A stretch of 64,000 bases of DNA from Amphiscolops sp. MND2022 (lineage: Eukaryota): positions 50,098,001 to 50,162,000 of the forward strand of contig OZ076409.1 in the NCBI GenBank assembly GCA_964187785.1, in the 5' to 3' direction. The translations under genes were made by a program, and so were the position numbers. The notes beneath the pieces are model-generated. The model had not been told where the DNA came from. It ran no database searches and saw only the letters and a list, made by a program, of their open reading frames with translations. The stretch's first letter is position 1; every line of letters starts with the position of its first letter. Positions 58,082-64,000 of the stretch are shown one piece after another.

Positions 58082-59426
58082 AGCGCTGTACTTCAGTTTG
58101 AGTGGTTGTTGACAGTTGGGTTTTCATCGGCACCTGCTTGTACGCTGCGGGTGGTTGTAACTTTGGCTGTTTTGTCTGATCCGGTTTCGTCACACATTGG
58201 CGTTTGGCAACTTCTCGGTAGGAGGGGTGCTGACTAGGAGACGCACTCGTAGATGGTATGTCGGCAGAGTTTGGTGCCATTGGCACGGGTGTGGGACGGT
58301 TTGGTATCGTCGCCACTACGGTCTTCACCCCTAGGGTTAAATCTTGAACCGTAGTCATGAGGTCCACCATGCGTTTGTCGACATCTAAATCTCTGTGGTG
58401 CATCATTTCGGACATGTGTTTTAGGCGCTCATCCGCTTGTCGATCTCTTTGCACCATTATTGCCGTCATCTCCGATATACGTTTTTCCGTCAGGTCCTTG
58501 ACTGATGCTACGGATGTTTCTATCTTGCCCTGTTTGACTCGTCCTTCCATCTTGATCTCACTCACCTCCTTTCGTAACTCTTCTACTTCCATCACCAAAA
58601 CTTCTGCCCGACGGACATGGTCAGTGTTTTCCTGGGCTAACTTTACTTGGACTCGTTTCAATTGTTCCATACTACGTCCAAAATCTTCTCGTATGGCTTC
58701 AGTTTCTTTGATACCTCTGGCGATCGTCGAATTTGGGGATGCTGCACTGCCGGCATCGGAGTGTTGGAGCGTTGCCGTGCGTTCCAGTCGTAAGATGCTG
58801 GGACCCAGCAATGGTGGTGTAGTGGAGGCATAGTTCTGGAGAGCCACTCCTTTTCTGGTCTTCCGCTTTCCCGGCTGACTTTCCGAAGGAGCAATCGCAG
58901 TGTCACCCAGTGTATTTCTATTGCTATCAAACACTGGTACTCCGGAACTCAGCGGGTCCGCATTCGTGCCCAGGTGAGGGGTGATTTCTCCCAAAGTCAT
59001 GCCCACATTCATATTTTCAACCCACTTGCTGATATCCGAGCTAGTAGCTAGTTCTCTGTTCGAGTTCGGCCAGTCCCCGGTAATAATCACGGAAGTGTTC
59101 AGAGGCGGCCATACGTTGGTATGGTTCATGGGAGTCTCATTAGCTAGTTCGGTGCTATCAAAGGACATCTTGGAGGAATTTGCTTGGCTCGTACGCGCAA
59201 TTTGCGAATTTTGCTCAATGTTAGACACGTTATCTGACATTACGTCGTCTAAAAACAGGTCGGCGATCATATCTAGCGGTGCTATTTCAGCTTGTGTACT
59301 CAGGGTATGCAACTCTTCTATGTTGTTCGCGAACGGGTTGGTAGCATGAAATTCGTTAGACTCCACTGATGTCTCACTCATGAATAATAAATATTCCCAC
59401 TGACTCAAACTCATTTTTACTTGCAC
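58044..59426 (-). CDS. Element C upstream ORF (460 aa); probable frameshifted N-terminal extension of Gag with coiled coil
   Basis: Overlaps the gag-pol start; the frame switch is confined to ~58045-58125; heptad-like stretch MEQLKRVQVKLAQE...VEELRKEVSEIK. Confidence 0.75.
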   Translation of the reverse strand: MQVKMSLSQWEYLLFMSETSVESNEFHATNPFANNIEELHTLSTQAEIAPLDMIADLFLDDVMSDNVSNIEQNSQIARTSQANSSKMSFDSTELANETPMNHTNVWPPLNTSVIITGDWPNSNRELATSSDISKWVENMNVGMTLGEITPHLGTNADPLSSGVPVFDSNRNTLGDTAIAPSESQPGKRKTRKGVALQNYASTTPPLLGPSILRLERTATLQHSDAGSAASPNSTIARGIKETEAIREDFGRSMEQLKRVQVKLAQENTDHVRRAEVLVMEVEELRKEVSEIKMEGRVKQGKIETSVASVKDLTEKRISEMTAIMVQRDRQADERLKHMSEMMHHRDLDVDKRMVDLMTTVQDLTLGVKTVVATIPNRPTPVPMAPNSADIPSTSASPSQHPSYREVAKRQCVTKPDQTKQPKLQPPAAYKQVPMKTQLSTTTQTEVQRCDIRPPFIRPIC

Positions 59427-62400
59427 AGTTTTTGCAGCTCAACTAAATTAGATTTTCTTTCGTCTTTCACTCACTCCTTCTCTTCAACAAATTGAATTAA
59501 AGGCAACTCAAAATGGAGGTTTTGATCTCTTTCTCCGATATTCTAACTAAATTGTCGTACTATTAAGTTCTAGAGTTTGTAGCTCGTGATCGCCCTCTTG
59601 ATTCTATTTCGAGATCAGCTAACTGTCATAAACTTCACACTCCTAACTACATGCACTAACTCAAGATTACAAGCACTGGGGTTAGTCACCACTAATCAAA
59701 ACAGAAAGGTTTATATCCCCACTAACTGGAGATAGTTATTCTACACTAATTCAAAGTTAAGCTTTTTAAGTTTTTTTTTTATATTACAGTTACTCACACT
59801 AAACTATGCTTTATCCAGCCACAGGCTATGTGGTCGGGATAACTAAAGGTTTTGGCGCGCTATCAGAACTTTGCAGAGATTTTTTTTAGGAAATCACCGC
59901 GCTTTTCTTCTGGGAGCGTATACTATGCCACTCGTACTGACTTTCAATAGGGGAGCACCTGGGGTATTGCTACAACAAGGGGTGTCAGGAACTAGACCTT
60001 GGGAATGAGTAGGTGTTAGGACACTTTCAAACAAGAGAGTTATCGTAATCTGATCGTAGTGTGGTCAATGGAAACACAGTTCTTCACTATTTCGAATGCT
60101 ACTATACTCAATTTTTTGTCTCGAGACGCAGCGCATTCCACTATCTACGTCTCCTAAGGAATTTCTAATTGCGTTCTAGCTCTCTCACGTCACTTCTCAG
60201 TCGAGGCAAACGTGAATGCACCTATCAGTTCGCACTTAGGTGACCCTGGTGGCCATTGGGAGAGGAAATACAATTTTTGCGTTTTGCACTCTTATGTCTC
60301 GTAGACAGCTTTTTGACAAACCCAAGATTTTAGGGTTGAGCTAGCTCCATTCTGATTACTTCAACGGTACGTGCTATGGATGCTTGGTGTAGAACTAGGG
60401 TCGTTTAAACCTTCACTCTCAACTACACCTACGAAAAGTGTACAATTTTTCGCAAAATTTCTCAAAATTGACAATTCTTTCGCCAAAGTGCACGCCTGGG
60501 GAAGGTGAAGATCACTTCTAGAGCTACTAGCGACCTGAAAATTTAACACGGTATACTACTGTGACCAAATCGTGGGAAAATTACCGCCGATTGCGCCAAA
60601 ATTGATTATACGTGACTTGAGGTCGCTTCAGAATGTTGTTTGAAGAATCGACTATTTTGTGAAATTTACAAAAGTCTGTCAAACTCGCCTTCTAGGCTTC
60701 CTAGCTACCTGAAATTTTGTATACGAGCGTGAATTATGCCCACGTAACAGAAAAATAAAATAACGGGGTGCCCAGGTGAATATTCCGCAATCCGAGTTGA
60801 CAAAACTATGATGTACCCTATTAGTCACTTTCTGGGGCCAAAATTCACAAAAATGTCAATTTCTCCAAATTGGGCAGTAGCAAGCTGCTCAAAATGCACA
60901 AATCGTCGGAATCTAGTGCAGTGTGTACGAAAATGCAAGAATTTTAGTGCTGGGATACTCCGAAGGTATTGCACTATGCTCAACTAAAATTCGATTTTTT
61001 TGACAGCTTCGTACAATTTTTGAGCAAAACTGCGGCTAAGATTTCTCAATCACCAGTAGTGGTAGCGCTACGAAAATTACACCACTAACGTAACTTTTTG
61101 CGGTCTACACGATGGTGCAATCCGTTTTGAGCTAGTCTTAGTAGGAGAGATTTCGACCTATCTTGGGGACACTACTCCAGTGTTCCGAAAATGTCGCAAA
61201 AACAACGCGTTTTCGGCTATTTCTCAGCAACTACTGGTTGGAATTACCCGTGGTTTTCTGCGTTTGCAACGTTATACCCTATACTAACGGAAAATAGGCG
61301 AGCGAAACCTGGCAGGTTCCAAATAAGGTCTCTCAAAATAACTTTCAAGTTGCGCCTTTGACACTCTGGGAACAATGTGAAAAATGCGTATTTTCCCTAG
61401 GAACTTTTTATTTCTCGGTTCTCAGATGTTCGGAATGGTTCTAACAGTACGGTAGGAAGGTGTGACAACTTTATTTAGGAGAGTGGGGTTATTTCAAGTA
61501 TTACTTTTGATGTTATTACTCTCAGGTCTATGGGGTCCTCTGCTCAGGTCTATGTATATCAAAGAAAATCAGAAGTTAAAGTGTCAATTTATATTGGGGG
61601 ATGCTAAAAATTGTCTTGGCAGTAGTGTTTTGTACTACCAAGTTTGGGAACAGCGTTTTTGGGCTGATCTTAAAGCTTGGGAACAAGTGCCCAAGGCTTC
61701 GCCCTCATCAATTTTGGTCTTTTAGGCCAAAATTGATGTTTTCTCTATAAAAATCGCTAATTTTCTCAATGTTTCAACAATTTAGCCCAGCAAATTTTTC
61801 TGTTCCTGACCTAGCAGGTCTGGTGGAACGTTTTTTTTGTATTCCCACTGGCCGTATCCTTTTCCACTAGATTTCAACTTTCAACACCTCAAAAATCGGT
61901 AATTGAGCTATATATGGTGTTATTTTCAAGGTTTTCGCGCTCAAATTTTTAATCAACTGGTCTAAACACCCACAGGGTATTTTCCCCAGTTAATTTTAGT
62001 GGGAACAGGCCTGGAAAATGTTTTTTGAGCCGATTATTAGCAAGAATTAGCAATATAACCCGATTGACGTGGGTATACGGCAACTACAGGGGTGCTGGAG
62101 GTGTGATGTCAGAGGTGCTCACACACTGTCGTCAGCTGATTGGGGCCCTCAGCACTCGTCCTCCCGGTCCCCATACATTGCTAATTTACTGAAACGGAGC
62201 TACAAAACCCTTTATAACCAGTTCCGGATAGGCCGGATTAGCATTTTCAACAGGTATTATCAAAATACAAGGGATACGCTGTCTGAAATCGTCGATTTTC
62301 GGTTTCAGACCTCGGAAATACGCAGGACACGCAAAACAAACACTAGTACAGGGCCCACAGGGCTAGAATAAGGCAATAAAAACAATCTAGGACTCTCCAA

Positions 62401-62476
62401 CAAGTTTTCCTAGATCCAGACCTAGCAGGGCCGGATAGCAGGACAAACTCCAATTATGGCGAAAAGATGGAAAAAT

Positions 62477-62494
62477 GTCCCTTGTGGGGCGCCA
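62477..62494 (-). promoter_or_regulatory. Element C primer-binding site, tRNA-Lys-like
   Basis: TGGCGCCCCACAAGGGAC matches the tRNA-Lys3-type PBS TGGCGCCCGAACAGGGAC at both ends; it lies 16 nt from the LTR. Confidence 0.75.
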
Positions 62495-62510
62495 TAAAAA
62501 CTACTCTAGA

Positions 62511-63225
62511 TGTAACGTCAAGCAAGTAACGCACATACCAGAACTGGGACAGTACTTAGGTTGCCTAGACAGGAGACCATAGTCCTATAACAAGCCTAAA
62601 TACTAGTTTTTCATCCCTAAAGGTCTCCTAGGGACTTTTCCAAAACACCGTGGAGACTCCTCTTGTTAGAGCTCCGTGGCGACGTGCCGGCACACTCAAA
62701 GTCTGGACACGTCCCACAAGCGTGTAAAAACGTTCCTGAAGGCTTCCCGCGGTTCTACATACTTCCGAGGTCCGAAAACAGGGTTCTAGCTGAAATGCAT
62801 TTTATTTCAGAAAATAACGTCTAAATACTCCATTACAAGGATCTGACAGATCCAACATCATCAAAATCTGTAAATCAATACTAATGACATTAGAATCAAT
62901 CAAGATTGGTATTACTGGCATGCTTCTATCGAATTCGCGATTCTCTTCATCTTCTTTGCTGTGGGATATCGGAATCTCAGAACGTTTTTGTATTAAAAAC
63001 GCACTTTTCTGGGGAGATGACACAAATCCGAGCATTTTTCTTGTTCCTCCACATCGTGTCAGTGTCTTTTCTTCTTTTTTGGGTCGGGGATGGGTTCGTC
63101 TGTCTTCTTTTTTGCTTCCTTTTTGGTTTCAACGACCTGCCAGGTCGGCCATTTTGACTCGCACACTTTCTGGTTCTTGATCGAATTTTTCATCGAAAAT
63201 TTGGTGCTGACTGGTGGACGTTACA
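62511..63225 (-). repeat. Element C 5' LTR (715 bp)
   Basis: Direct repeat of 44077-44791. Confidence 0.97.
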
Positions 63226-64000
63226 TAACTGTGGGACGTTTATTCCAACCACCTACAAACTTCTCCAAACCTAATCTATTCATTTCACACATACATTTAT
63301 AACCAAGATTGGGTATTTCAGTTTCTTACTGTTATTTTTCATGCAATCTATATTAATATTTTTGTAAACCAGAAATGTTGCGCTAAATGTAGATGAAATT
63401 AAAAATCGAAGCCGTATTTTGAGTTAGCTGAATACCTCAAAGGAAACGCGTTCGAGTAGGCTATTACTCATTTCGACAATTCGACTTTTCGACGCACAGT
63501 CCGCCTTGTTAATCCACCAATCAAATATCAGCTTTCCTCTAGTTGCGTGGAACACATGTTTCTTACATTGCACTACTTTATTGAAAGCTAAACAATTAGT
63601 TCATTGTCATTCAAATGTTCTGATAACATTGTTCCCAATATTCTGACTGTCATGCAAATTTTACTACAATTAGGTTGCCCCAAGAAAAGGGGATACAATC
63701 TGATAAGCCTTATGCTGATCAACACTTGCGTTTAAAGAAATTTGCCATACCTTGAAAATACTTTTCGTTATTAAGATCCTCCGTTGAGTGTATTTGGTTT
63801 CGTTGAATTTTTTAGCTCTGTAATACAGTATTAATCAAGCAATCACTTCTTTAAATGCCTTCTATTAAAGAGCAGAAAGCCAGAGAGACGTGCTCTAGGC
63901 AATCGGACGTCATGTACGGAGCTCACTCAAGGAATGAATTAGATAGCAACCAGAAAGATAGAAAAATGAAAATTTGACCTAGAGTCAAACGGTCCATCAC

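Larger units (their letters stand above)
44077..63225 (-). mobile_element. Element C: full-length, young Ty3/Gypsy LTR retrotransposon, 19,149 bp
   Basis: TGTAAC...GTTACA 715-bp LTRs, PPT, PBS and a 2093-aa gag-pol ORF. Only TAA is shared by the two flanks. Confidence 0.96.

Noticed and set aside
45806..59349. Plus-strand ORFs over the element C coding region
   Set aside because: Shadow ORFs of the minus-strand genes.
62477..62494. tRNA genes at the PBS-like sequences
   Set aside because: Only 12-18 nt of 3'-end complementarity and no cloverleaf.
63226..64000. Right-hand flank
   Set aside because: AT-rich with no ORF or repeat that I could support.

Overview
Eukaryotic, transposon-dense DNA with spliceosomal GT-AG introns and no prokaryotic features; the organism cannot be established from the sequence alone. 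About 53 of the 64 kb are three full-length, unusually large Ty3/Gypsy-type LTR retrotransposons, all on the minus strand. Element A (6026-24577, 18.6 kb) has 273-bp LTRs, a CAAC target-site duplication (TSD), an env resembling chuvirus/gB-type glycoproteins and further unknown ORFs. Element B (27036-42561, 15.5 kb) has 1041-bp LTRs and a GTAGG TSD. It carries an antisense 7-exon gene of ~1120 codons whose six introns all join in frame and whose product looks like a catalytically dead hAT-transposase derivative with a BED-like Zn finger. Element C (44077-63225, 19.1 kb) has nearly identical 715-bp LTRs, a probable pseudo-protease before the protease, an integrase tail with AT-hooks and two macrodomain-like units, and a ~1430-codon extra ORF with an SGNH-like domain. 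The DNA these elements inserted into contains decayed, locally duplicated copies of a distant homologue of B's antisense gene that shares intron positions with it, and a long hairpin split by B. All domain assignments come from motif recognition by eye and need HMM or structure confirmation.
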